Source: Fistulifera solaris (taxonomy: Eukaryota). From it: a stretch of DNA of 64,000 nt. The stretch is from contig AP026149.1 in NCBI GenBank assembly GCA_030295235.1, forward strand, positions 496,001 through 560,000, read 5' to 3'. Both the position numbers and the translations under genes were made by a program. The notes below the pieces were generated by a model. That model saw only the letters and a list, made by a program, of their open reading frames with translations. It was not told where the DNA came from and ran no database searches. Positions 48,874 through 61,185 of this stretch are shown here, piece by piece (position 1 is the first letter of the stretch; the number at the start of each line of letters is the position of its first letter).

Positions 48874-51065
48874 TCAAAAGGAGAAACATTTTCCAAAGTT
48901 GAATTCGAAACCGCAAGCATGCCACCCCTGCAACTGTTTGGGACTTGACGAGTTCTCGACATGATGCTCGAGTTTCGTCTCCAATTCATTTCTCAAATCA
49001 GCCAAAGTCCCCTTGTCTATTGTTGTTTCCGACATGGCTTCGGTGAGGCCTGGAGTGAGTGGCAATGATGGATTATTGGCATGCTCCTCTTTTGACTTAG
49101 CGCACGAATGGATAAGACATCGGCTTTCTTTCTTTCTACGTCGAAAGCCGGATATGATTGAGTGATAGCGTGTTCATGCTTCTCCTTTGGCGACAGTATC
49201 GATAGAATGCTAGCCTCTTCTTGTTCTAACACTCTCACTTCGAAGGGGATTTGACCTCGATATGGCGGCTCTTCTGTAAAATCATCTTGGGTATCGACGG
49301 CCAATATATCGTGCATAGCAGCCTGCAACAAATTTTCTTCGGATTTGTTCGCATGTATTCGTTGATCTGTGGTATCGGTAGCTATCATTGCAGATGGACT
49401 GCCTATCAAACTGCCCTTGCCAGTCTTCGCGAACGGGAAGGATGGGTTATGTTTGTTCCGGAGGAAACTTAACACACTGCTGGCTCTTGATTTGCAGCTT
49501 TTCATTGAGTAACCATTGATAACAGATAAGCGTTCTTCATTTTCAAACGATGTCACAAGCTTCCCGTCACGAGCCATCCAGGACGCTCTTGTCGAAACAA
49601 AATCTCGATCTGATACTATTTCGGATTTAGCGTTGTCAATCATCGACCCTTTGGGTTCAGTGTTATAAATTTTGTTCTGATTTGCAACTCCGTCGCTTCT
49701 GCCTTTTACAAAATTATCAGCTGTACCTTGCGTAATAGCCTTTTCCGTGATCTGGAAACTCCGGCTTATTCGGCTGGTACCACCCCTTCCGTCATTGAAA
49801 TTGACATTTTCTCTTGCACTGGAATCCGGTCGCTCATTTGGACGAGCATTGCTAATCAAAGGCGTATTGTTTGACGCGCTCCAACGCGATGATACAGAAG
49901 GATTCGCTGATCGGTGTCTCCTAAGAAAAGTCTCTAGTGTCGGTGTAGCCTCAGCGGTTTGTTTGCATTCGGCATTGCCGTCTTTCCTCGTGTCTGCCAA
50001 TTTGCAAGGATCGGATGCATCAAGTGATACAGAATGAAGAGCGCGGTTTTTCCGCCTGTCGCCGATGAGATTCACATCACGCGTCAATGAAAGATCATTT
50101 TTCTTATGATGGGCTCCCAATCGATGCGAATCGCGCATCTTCCTCCTTCTTATCTTCATCGCCATTTGGTTCCGGGTCGATGCGACTGAACTAGGTGATA
50201 AACAAGATTTTTCATTGCTAAACATCATCACGGCTCCATCAGAAAAATTCGATCCAAGCACCAAAGAGCTTGAAGACTTCGACAATTTAAAGTTTCCACA
50301 TTTACGTAGTGAACTGACGCGCCGAGCAATATTGTAGGCCTTCTTCTTCTGAGATGAAAGAATGGACATGGGCGATTGACATGATTCTTCGGAACGACTC
50401 GCGGAAAGCTGAGCATTGTTAGGTGATGCTGGAGATAATTGGGCACGGTACAATTGCTTGCAATTTGTGCTCATGGCTGTACTGCGGGTTGGACTTGTCG
50501 ACAATTGCAGGGACAAGTTTGGTCGATTGGAACTTTCATCGTCTGCGCGTGAAACATGTCCAGCCGTCGAGCGCACGATGCAGCTACTGCCAACTTTCGA
50601 TGGATTCGATGTTTTCTTTGATATCGATGGAGAGGCAACTTGCTGTTTTCGACAAGAAGCAACGTTGTTCTCACAATTGTTCCTGGTCGATGAGATTGTA
50701 GAATCTTTCGTCCCTATTTCCTTAATCCACTTTGCTTCAACCTCTCCTTTTTCGCGCCCAGTGTCATCCCTAGTTTCTGGTCCTTTGCTATCATGGCTCT
50801 TTTCCAGAGAACTTTCTTTTTCTTCTCGTCGCTCAATGTGACCTGCTTGGTCATGTTTGTTATACTGCTCTTGATTCAAAATGAGTTCGAGCATTTTATT
50901 CTTGCCGTTTGTGTTTGCGTAAAAATACCCATCGTGACCGGCTATTCGGATCATACCAAACTGAGTGGGTCGAAAGGTCTCTCCCGAGATTGAGCCAGCA
51001 CAGGTCTTGTTGTCAGCTTCGTCAACGGCATCTGGACACGATGGAGGATGGATAACCTCAAACAT
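48874..51065 (-). CDS. Large Ser-rich, largely disordered hypothetical protein (probable 3' frameshift ~49065)
   Basis: 682-aa ORF with a short conserved-looking N-terminal FGMIRIAGHDGYFYAN; no family recognised. Confidence 0.6.
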
Positions 51066-51604
51066 TTCCGAGATGTATTTCGCTCGCTTTCGACTAGTTA
51101 GTTACTTTGCGCAAGCAATCCATTAGTTATTGTTGATTTGCTTGCTTTGGGTGAGGTCTTTTCGATTCTCGTTGCAAAAGACTTACCATGATTGATTTTC
51201 CGTGTGTTCATTGTTTGAGAATAGAAGTGCGCGATGATGCCGCGAGAGACAGTTTTATTTCCACGAGAATGAGCAAAATTTATTTAGGGGCGTGATCCGG
51301 CCGAGGTTCGTTTATCTAAGGATTAGCGATACGTCAGACAACAGAAAGCACCATACTGTATATTAACAGAAAATGGTAGCTTATATATGAAGCCACTTTA
51401 GGGCTCGTACCGGTACTGATAGAGAGGACGAAGTTTTAGTGAGATTGTTCCATCGAAGGACGAACGATCGCGGGCGTCGCCATCATCATATCGCATCGCC
51501 TGCAATAAAAAGCCTTAGACTACAACAAGCGCATTCATCGATAGCAAGAAGAAAAATCGAGAACAGTATCAGTAAAGTGAACTAACGTATCAAAAAAGAG
51601 AACC

Positions 51605-52948
51605 ATGAAGCCACTTCGAATCGGCATGTACGGCGGAGGCACCGTTGGTGGCGGTGTCTACGAGCTTATCATGAAAAATAAAGCCAGCAGCATTGTCATC
51701 AGCAAGATTTGCGTGCGTGACCTTAACAAACCTCGAACATTTCAGATCGATGAAAGCGTTACCACGCTAATGGCGGATGCCGAAGAAATGATGAAATCGG
51801 ATGACATTGACTGTGTCGTTGAAGGTGAGAAGCACGAAGTGATTAATGATTTTTTTGTGCAGTATTACCTCTTTTCATTCTCACTGAGAATTATATTTAT
51901 TCATAAATCCAGTCATGGGCGGCACGGGTCTCGCGAAAAAGGTTGTTGAAAGTGCACTAAAACAGGGCAAGCCCGTTGTGACGGCAAACAAAGCCCTTCT
52001 TGCGGAACACTGGGGAGAGCTTCAGGACATCATTAAAAACAACAAAAATGCATCGCTTCACTGGGAGGCAGCAGTTTGTGGCGGTATTCCAATTATTCAA
52101 ACGCTGCAATCATGTTATACGGGTGACGATATTTCAAGCGTTACGGGTATTTGTAACGGTACAACCAACTACATGTTGACGAAAATGTCGACGGGTGCTG
52201 CGGAATACGATGACGTGCTCAAAGAAGCACAGGAACTTGGATATGCCGAAGCAGATCCGACTGCTGATGTCGAGGGACACGACGTACGCGCCAAAATAGC
52301 TCTTTTGGCGGGCGTTGCATTCGGTGTTCCTGTTCCTTCCGTCGACACAATCCCGTGCGTTGGTATTTCGAAAATAACTTCGGCGGACTTTGCGTACGCC
52401 GCTCAGATGAATTCCACCATCAAGCTGTTGGGAACAGCAAAAAGACGCAAGATAACAAACTAGCGGTTTATGTGTCACCCGCTTTGGTGAGTATGCAATT
52501 GCACTCGGTGGCACACTGCTCAGGCGTAGGAAATGTTGTATCTGTTACATCTTCGAATCTTGGTACATGCAGTTACTCCGGCCCTGGCGCTGGTCGTTAT
52601 CCCACCGCTAATTCAATTGTGGCAGATATTTACCGCGTTGCCTCGGGGGCATCGTCTAGCGCAGCGAGTACAAGTTATGCGAAAGACTTGGAATTAGACT
52701 GCAATTATGTCGCAAAATTTTACGTGCGCGTTCCTCTGGTCGAGGGAATGAATGTGCCCATTACGGAGACAGGTGCGCTGGCAGAGAAGCACGGTGTGAG
52801 TATTAATTCCATCATGTCAGGAGATGGCAATTTCTGCTTGACGACGAACGATAGTAAATTGGGTAATATTCAGGCTTTCAGCGAAGAACTAGCGACGGCC
52901 ACGTTCTGCAATGAAGTGCCATGTTTTATGCCGCTTTTGGGCATTTGA
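51605..52948 (+). CDS. Homoserine dehydrogenase with ACT-like C-terminus; intron ~51825-51912, frameshift ~52445
   Basis: IGMYGGGTVGGG, VVE|VMGG, VVTANKA, EAAVCGGIP, GICNGTTNYML, GYAEADPTADVEGHD, GPGAGRYPTANS. Confidence 0.93.
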
Positions 52949-53758
52949 GATGAGTACAGTCGTGTATGATAATAAATCATTCAACTCGGTTTGCGCTGCT
53001 AAATCTCTTTAGATTCAGTTTTTAGATCGGAATGGCGACTAAGGATATTAAGAACCGGATAGGCTAACGCTCGAATTTTGCTACCCCATGCGTCCATTGG
53101 TAATAGGTAATGATCAGCAATTGCTCACCATCAACAAGAAACTCGGGACGAAGGGTCATTCACCGAGAACCATGAAGCAAGAAGCTCACCAAACAGTGAC
53201 GTTCGGAGTTCGGAGTAACAACCAACAAGAAATACGGAGCAACTATGAACAGCGGCGAAGTTTTTTCAACTCAAAACTTGAAGCAACTTGACACTATTGA
53301 ATGTCAAAATTGCATTCTGCACTTTTAAGCATTGTCCTCAAGTCTGTTATTATATTGCCTACGATCTACTCTGTAGAAATGACGTGGACTTTATTGAGGA
53401 AGAGGAAAATTTTCGTCCGTTTACCAGGTACCTCGATCGGACGACTCCTCGACCCTCGTCCGCCGCTCTCGTCGCGATTATTCGCGATCATCGGAACTCG
53501 GAACAATCATTGTTGAAATTGAAAAGGCATCGAAACAAAGTGCGTGTGGAACTTTGTCAGTCACATTAAGCTACTCGGCATCAAAAATGAATACGGAGTA
53601 CATTTGAGAAAACAAGACGAGACTCGGTCACAACAAAGCATAACCCACGAAGAGGCAGAGTATTCAGCATGCAAGATCGGCTATCGTCATCGGCTGTTGC
53701 TTAATTGCTTCTATTTGTTTGTGAAAGCCGACCATAGTTCAATCAAAGAAGACACATA

Positions 53759-55490
53759 ATGCCTCCTGCGCAAGAAAGTCAAAGTTTTCTAGACAAATTT
53801 AGACGATCAAATGACATGTCTTCCTTGAGCAGTGTCGGATCGACAGAGATGAACCAGTCAAAAGTAACGGTGGAACTGTCAGTCTCCCTCTCGTTACCGG
53901 CCGAAGAAATGCGCGACAATCCGAAATCGTTCAAACGATGGCTCTTTGACTACTATGGCGAAGAAATTATTCATGCAGCTCAAGTTCAGTTTACGGAAGA
54001 AGAAAAAGAAAAACTAGATGTCACGTTTGATCGCCGCAACTTGGAGCCCACGACCGGTGGCAATGCGGGGCCACTCCAGCAGCACAGCGTCCGTTCTTTA
54101 AACTCGTTCGAATAGGATTTTGATGAAGGGGAAGCTTAACGACTCGATCTCTTAGACAAGATAGCAGTTGATCAAAGTCATTTTTGAAAATTGATGACCC
54201 CAAAATTGTGTATTTATGTTTGATGGATGGTATTCTAGACCTGATGCAAAGTGAATTTGGCTTCATTGGAGAGACAAATTACGACGAGAAAAAAGAATAT
54301 GTCTCTTCAAACACATCGACTACTACTGTTGGATGGGAGCAAGAAACCGTTCAGTATTTTAAACAACATTAGGGGGTGACGTTCACAAACATGGATTCGT
54401 AATGGGAAGAGTACTAACAACAAGAAAGGCCTTGATTTGCATTGATGTCGAGTTTGCAGCAGCTTCTCTACCCGGTGGTCATCCGGATGTCACTAGCTCT
54501 GTAGAAATTCCACTTTCCGTCGGCGGTGAGATAATCGGAAATATTTGTACTGCGAACAAAAGAGGTACAAAGGCACAGTATACGGAGAAAGACATTGAAT
54601 CCCTTGAACTCTTTGCTGTGACGGGTTGCAATCTAATTCAGGCATACCGGGAATTGGAAAGAAACAGACTGCTTATCGACACGTTGGAAGAAAAGGTCAA
54701 CGAGCGCACTATTAAACTAGCTACTGCAAATAAGGAACTCGAAACAGCGAAAGAACGAGTCGAGCAAGCGTCCAGGCTCCAACAACTGCTTCTTAAAGGA
54801 TCAAATATCGTCGCGTTTTGATCGTTTACAGGCTCAGCGGTCACGATTCACGACCCCAAATTATCTGCTTGGTACAAGAAGATCTTTTCCTGAAATGATT
54901 GAGAGGCTAAAGCAAATTGTACCCTTTCATCTGACAACCTTCGGTCCCAAATACTTGGTAAAAAGGACAGAGAGGCATTTTCGTTCTTTGATCAATGTCC
55001 TTCCTTCTGTCTTAATGGAATCGCTAGCAGAGCTGATTTGTGTACAACTGCGATCCAAATCAGACTCCTCGTTAGGGGGACTTGCTCTCCGATCTCTTGG
55101 TGTCTTCAAAGTACCTTTGCGCGACATCCGAGTTCTGGTGGCGAAGGACAATCTCGTGAATCAAAAAGTAATGAAAAGATGCTAGGTCGAATTGGAACAG
55201 AGAGCATCGGAATTGTCGACGACGGTCATAAGGCCGTTCACAGAGAAGCCCACACTTCGTACGATATCATATTGATGGATATGACAATGCCAGTCATGGA
55301 CGGCGTTGCAGCTTGTCGCGAGATCCTTGGTGGAGAAAATGGGCGACCCAAGCCAAAGATAATCTTTGTCACAGCTCATCTCGCCGGTGACTATGAAGAA
55401 GAATGCATGAATGACTGTACATCGGGATATATCACGAAGGCATTCAACATGAATGAAATCACAAACGCGTTAATGGTATGTATAGAATAG
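53759..55490 (+). pseudogene. Degenerate hybrid histidine-kinase remnant: GAF domain, coiled coil and receiver, with no HisKA/HATPase core
   Basis: GAF: MQSEFGFIGE..LPGGHP..IPLSVGGEIIG..AN; coiled coil LEEKVNERT; receiver VLVAKDNLVNQKV..YDIILMDMTMPVMDG..IIFVTAH; in-frame TAG at 54370 plus frameshifts. Confidence 0.75.
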
Positions 55491-56200
55491 AGATGTTTTT
55501 GCGTTTTGATTATTTAGTCTTTTCAAACGCACAGGCTACTTTGATGGCTGCTTACATTTCGGGTCAACACGAACGAACAACCTACGTTTGCATTGGCATT
55601 GCGCATCTCAGCACTCTCGAATTTTTACGTCAAAAACCTTTTGCATGATGGATCTTTTCGACTATTCCTTTCTCTTCTACAATGCAACTAATCTCAATGG
55701 GATTTGCAATGCAAATATTTGAGTTACGATGGGGAAAAAGCCTTGTATAGCTGTACCTGGTAAAGTACTATAAACCCAGTGTACGTTCTTGGGTAACACG
55801 ACTGGATTGGAGTCATGAGTCACAATTTCGTCCATAAAGTCTGCGTGATTTTGTTTTTAAAACCCATTCATACTTAACTCCGGTTTAAAAGAGCTTTCCA
55901 TGCAGTACCTGGTATCGCAAGCGTAAGTCTTGCTGAAATGAATACTCCCTAAGGAGTTACAACAGCACGCTTATTTATAGACACCCTATTTTTCTTTTTT
56001 GCAGGCTTGCAGATACCGGTACTGGTCGTCTGACCTCGTGTCCTCCATAAATGAATGAAGGTAAATCTTGCGGCTCGCGCATACACCGTCGACCGCATTT
56101 GCCGCCGTGATGTTATTGTCGTCGTTACCAGTATATGAATCGAAGACTGCCGGGTGATTGTCTAGCGGCTTTCTTCACTCTCATCAACAGAAAGAAACAG

Positions 56201-57603
56201 ATGACATCTATTGCTATATCAAGACTTGTCACTTCTTCGCGAAGAGCACGCGCATTTGTGGGGCTCGACCGAATCACCGCTACATCACGCTTCTCCACCA
56301 CCACATCCGAGCGCTCCGGAGACGAAGACATCACTCCTAGTCAACCCTTTGTTAAGACTCGCATTCGACCCGGAGAATGGGATCCAGAAACGCGCACGAA
56401 TCTCTCTATCGCCCCAAATTCCGTTCGAGGGCCAAAATTTGGAGCGGTGATGATTTTGCGCGTCAACCGACGGTAGGCTTTTCCTCCGAGTACGAATCCT
56501 TCGTCGATGCGGCTGTCACGTTGTCATGGTTGACGCAGAACGATCAAAAACAAATTTATCGTCTTTATTGTGACATTCTGGAAGCCACGACCGAGGGAAG
56601 TCGCACTTCGCATGAATACATTGTTCGAGTCGTCGCTCAGAAATTCAACTTGACCCCCGAACGTGTCGCGGCGGTCATTCAACTTCAGCACAATGAAGAG
56701 CAAATGATTCGAAAACAACAAGAAGGCGACGACAGCATCAAGCTGTTGACGGAGGCTGCCGAATACATGGACAACGCAATCCAGCAAGAAATCAACGAAG
56801 CTTACCGGGGATTTGGTTTGAAGAAACCCGATGAGTTCGTGGAAGACCCTACCTTTATTGGTATTGGACAGGAAAGCAAGTCGTGGAAAGTTATTGATGA
56901 TCTTTTGATGTTGATCAGCTCATGAAAGACGCGGCTGTCCGTGATGAGAAGGAAGCCCGGGTGGCGATTGACGGTTACGTGTATGTTGAAGATGTGGACG
57001 AGAGTTCCGTGAAAATTCCCATTTCGAAAGACTGCCGTGAGCTTATTAAGTCTGTAAACCGCTTCAAAAAGACCTTTTCCAACGAAGGCGATATCGAATC
57101 GACAGACGCACTGCCTAAAGGGGGCGAGCGTCGCGAACGATGGAAGTTTGTTGCCCAAGTTGTGAATACTCGCCAGCTTCGTCGCCAGCGCAATAGCGAT
57201 GCCAAGAAGAGAAAGAATCGCGCACCACGGAGCTACGCGAACAATGCTCCAGTCAATTCTCTTGTGGAACAAAACGGCTCCGTAAGAGCAGCCACGTTGG
57301 AAGATGTTAAGCAGACCGCGTGGAAGCCTGTTCGTCATGTTTGTGAACATATCTATCAGGGGGGCAAAACAGGGATGGTTGGATCGGCGCCTACGGGGCG
57401 ATACAAAAGCATGGGGAAGAGCTCCCCCAGCACCTGTTACACCACCAAAGACGGTTTCGGCGAATGAGAGTTCGGCAGAGAGAGAGCCAGTGAACGAGGA
57501 GGAAATGGCCCAGGATGCGAACGATGGCTCCGGTTCTAATGAAGAAAATAGAGATTCCGCGGATCAAGGCAACAGCTCGCCAAAAGACGATAAAGAGTTG
57601 TAA
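56201..57603 (+). CDS. Probable mitochondrial protein, possibly Bot1/mS45-like mitoribosomal; three frameshifts
   Basis: Arg/Ser/Thr-rich presequence; HTH-like VRVVAQKFNLTPERVAAVIQL; four overlapping ORFs chain end to end. Confidence 0.45.
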
Positions 57604-58046
57604 CGGATTAGATGGCTATGGCTTCCTTTTATTTGTTGCTACGCTACTGTACCAGTACCGGCTATCGGCAACTGTCTTGAGTCGTCGTCATTCGTCATGA
57701 ACTGTGACTGGTTCTTTCTGTCCTACGAGTACCAGGTTATATTTTATATAGCCCGAGAAGTTGTCTTGGTTCTCGTCCAGTAGTTCCTTCCTTAACTATA
57801 ATCTGTCAACCCATTCATTGAACGCTTGTCGAGCCGTTGGTTTTGAAAAATTCACATCCCATCATCTTTCAGCGACGAGAATGTTATGCCCATTTTTTGC
57901 AGAGCTTATCATTCGATCCCAAATAAGAATTATACTACCCACTATAATCCGCTTTTCTGTCCACGACGGTCGATAAAAGGAACTTCGGGGACAATTTTTA
58001 GTGAACGGAACCCTGTTGCTGATCACAGCAGACGACCGTACTCAGG

Positions 58047-58367
58047 ATGAACAATGGACGAGCCGAATCACCGCCTCGTAACCTGATTTTGACAACCGAA
58101 AAAATTCTGCGAAATCCACCTCAAGCACCCAAAAGGAAGAAACCTGGACCGCGTGAGTTCGAGGATAATGAGTACATTCCGAGCGATCTCATAGCACCTT
58201 GGATGATTCCAACATTCGACAACCATAATGAACCCGAATGGGTCTCTCCTCGGTTCCTTCCGCGTAGACGACTTTTTGACGACGATTATAGAGGCTTTGG
58301 CTCGAGTATCGATCTAGTTGGGAGCTCCTCTAGTGATAAAACAGCGACAAGAAGTGATCGGCGTTAA
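58047..58367 (+). CDS. Small Pro/Arg-rich hypothetical protein
   Basis: 106-aa ATG ORF with PPQAPKRK and PRRRLF motifs. Confidence 0.45.
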   Translation: MNNGRAESPPRNLILTTEKILRNPPQAPKRKKPGPREFEDNEYIPSDLIAPWMIPTFDNHNEPEWVSPRFLPRRRLFDDDYRGFGSSIDLVGSSSSDKTATRSDRR

Positions 58368-58585
58368 AAAGATGATAATATGATGCAGGGAGAAGGCCGT
58401 TTGTTTTGCTGCTATACGCGATATTAAGAGGGAGTTTAGACACCTTTTGTGTGTTCAAACATTTAATAGATCAGTTTTGAGAGTTTTTAGCAGATAAATT
58501 TCTGCTCATAGAGTATGATGACCTTTCAACGAAGAGATTAATAGTAATGAAACGTGCATGGCGCGACTGAACGCGAACATCCGTT

Positions 58586-59185
58586 TTACATTCGCATGCG
58601 CTTATTCGATGGTTCCATGTCATCATCGTCTTCGCGAGACCCATTAAAGTTTTCGGCACCTGGTTCTGTTGATTCACGAGGCTCCTCCGAAGGATTATAA
58701 TCGTTTCTTTCGCGCTTCCTTGCTGCTTCAGCCTTACGGTCGTGACGCACTTGACCTCCTTTCACTCCGCGTCCGAATTGACGTCCAGGTATAAACCCTG
58801 AGTCCAATTCAACTCGAATCACTTGCCCGTCTAATTTCGTCGAACTCAACAGTGACACAGCCGCCAGAGCATCCTCCCGCGAATAATACTCCACGAAGCA
58901 AAAGCCACAAGGCATTTTCTTGTTCCTATCTAGGCCCATGTGAATTTGTTTTACCGGTCCAAGCTGCGAAAAATGGGATCGAATGTGGGCTGTGCGGGTG
59001 CTAAAAGCGACGTTACCGACATACAGAGTGGAACTGGAAGACAGTGCTTTCATTTGAGCCTCCGGTGAATCATAATGTGAGCGATCCCAGTATAGTTTCT
59101 TGTCTTCCGCGCTAAAAATCAAATCAGGAGCTCGAGGAGGGGGCGGTAAGATGAGCTGAGTTGAGGTTAATGGGGAGTTGTCCAT
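58586..59185 (-). CDS. NCBP2: Nuclear cap-binding protein subunit 2 (CBP20)
   Basis: STLYVGNVAFST, MGLDRNKKMPCGFCFVEYY, LDSGFIPGRQFGRGVKGGQVR. Confidence 0.95.
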   Translation of the reverse strand: MDNSPLTSTQLILPPPPRAPDLIFSAEDKKLYWDRSHYDSPEAQMKALSSSSTLYVGNVAFSTRTAHIRSHFSQLGPVKQIHMGLDRNKKMPCGFCFVEYYSREDALAAVSLLSSTKLDGQVIRVELDSGFIPGRQFGRGVKGGQVRHDRKAEAARKRERNDYNPSEEPRESTEPGAENFNGSREDDDDMEPSNKRMRM

Positions 59186-59526
59186 TGTTTAGAACGACAA
59201 AATTTCGCTTTGTGGTGTCCCCAAGAGGTGCTAATAAACGTTGGTGCTTTTGGACAAGTAGTAATTAAGGCCCTCGATTAGTTTTCGTAGCGCTTTACCG
59301 ACGAATACTTTTTTCACGGCGTTGATAATCTTCAAGTTATATTGAAGGAGATTTTCAAGAGAACAGATACATGCTGCAACGCGAAGCAAAAAGCAAAAAA
59401 CCGCGACGCACCGTGCCGTTAAGTCCGTGGCGTGACATGATGCATGAGCAACGACTGACGACCCGGGAAAATTCAAACGTTAAGGATATGGTTTTGTGTT
59501 TTCTTATGCAAAGCTAGGGTAAAGGT

Positions 59527-59559
59527 TACCGGTACCAGGTACCGGTACCGGTACCGGTA
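59527..59559. repeat. Concatemer of TA-CC(A)GG units
   Basis: TA CCGG TA CCAGG TA CCGG TA CCGG TA CCGG TA. Confidence 0.9.
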
Positions 59560-59733
59560 GCTTATCGCACTTCGCACTCTAAGGTGATGATGATGCACCG
59601 GAACGTTGCTAATGGGCACAAAGCTTCGCTACATTTGCATTAACCTGTAACATTCAGCCTGCACTAAGATCTCTAGCAACTAGTGGGAAAATATACTATT
59701 AGGCGGTCTATTGAGAATACAGATATTAAGATC

Positions 59734-61185
59734 CTAGTTATAAAAAAGCGCGATTGCTGTTGATATAACAATTGAGACCGCGGCTTTGTTTCTATCCACA
59801 GAGGAGGACAAGGAACTGGTCTCTGGTTCATCGCTGGGCGTTTGAGAATCGTTGTCGCCTTCAAATTTGGAGTCAATCTCAACGAGGCAGTCGTCTTCTG
59901 CTGGCAAGTCTAATTGGCTCAGGATGTTTTGCATTATTTGAATTTCGTGATTCTGGCGGTTGATAAGTGATCTTATGAGAGACTCCATCACACATCCCTC
60001 ACATTGTATAGCGTTCGATTTCAATAAAGCTTTCCCCATATTCACAGCATTTTGGTGATGAGGAATCATGTGGTGTAGAAAGAGGCCGATTTCCGAAGAT
60101 GCTGTCATCCCTGTCGTCATACCAGCGAACATGTGACAATTCATGGCGTTGTTACAGTCAGCATAAACCTGCAAAGATTCAGAGGCATCCTCCGAATCAC
60201 AAACAAACGTCAACGGGCACTGCGGATGCGGTAACTGGAAGTCTGCTAGGCCATGAGTACCGCAAGTCTGGTCAAAGTCACTGACAACTGGGCTATAGTA
60301 GTCCTCCGGAAGTGCAGGAGTGTCTTCATCGTTCACAGGGACACCGCGCCTCAACAGTTTGATTCGACCAGCCATCATATTGTGAATGTGACAGTAATAA
60401 AAGATATCTTCCCCGAACGTAGCATCGTCGAAATTCAGCTCGACGCTCCACTCCCCTAGCCATGCCTCGAGCGGTTGAAAGAAAGAGCTACGATACTCAC
60501 CCAGGCCGTGATCAGGAACCTCTTCCCAGATCCCAAACGCTCCTTGTCGAAAGGCCAGGGAGGTATTTCCTCTGTTGTGAAGAGGCGCTGGACAGGAAAG
60601 CGACGCCATGCACTCGCCGGTTGGCGAATAGTAATGCTCCAGGGAGCCGACCGCCGTCCCATTCATCCCTGTACTCGCACTGTGATTCATGCCCATCATA
60701 TCACTTTGTCTGGTAGATGTGAAATTGCTTATAGTTGGTGTGTTGTTGCCTGTGTTGCTAGTGCCTGTTGTAGTGCCGGTGGTAGTGCCGCCCATACCGT
60801 GACTCGCGTGGCCCCCGCCCATGCTCATGTCCCCGTGCGCGTGCGCTCCGTGAGAATCGTGAACGTACCCGAAACCGAGAGGATGATAGTAATTCGAAAC
60901 ATGATTCTGAACAAATGTATACTTTTCCCCGATTTCCATGCCGATGGTAGGATTGACTGCGTCGCCGCACTCCTCGAATTTGAAGTACCCTGAGGATTTG
61001 GTACGATTAGCTAATGAATGAGGAGCGTACGAGATGGGGCAAAGAGAAAGAAGAACAATGGTCTTCTACGTACCAAATTCTCCTGCATATAGGTCAACTT
61101 GCACTGTATAGATGTTGTTAGGTGAAGTACAAATAGCTGCGTTTGCGAGCTTGAGAAGAAAAAGATAAGCGAGTGACTTCCACAT
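59734..61185 (-). CDS. Secreted cupredoxin-like + DUF305 (ferritin-like) protein, ISIP3-like, copy A with a hydrophobic GPI-like tail; one intron
   Basis: Signal peptide MWKSLAYLFLLKLANA; YHPLGF..FYYCHIHNMM; MIPHHQNAVNM..INRQNHEI; tail AAVSIVISTAIALFYN. Confidence 0.8.

Noticed and set aside
53088..53759. Short ORFs upstream of the kinase remnant
   Set aside because: May be decayed coding sequence, but no family is recognisable and the frames do not join convincingly.
907..57603. Frameshifts in more than 15 genes (GNAT, PP1, SLC35F5-like, MOSC, PhyH, CSN5, GT61, homoserine dehydrogenase and others) read as mass pseudogenisation or programmed frameshifting
   Set aside because: Those I traced are single-base indels in homopolymer runs within otherwise intact conserved genes, the signature of long-read consensus error. 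Short-read polishing would settle it.
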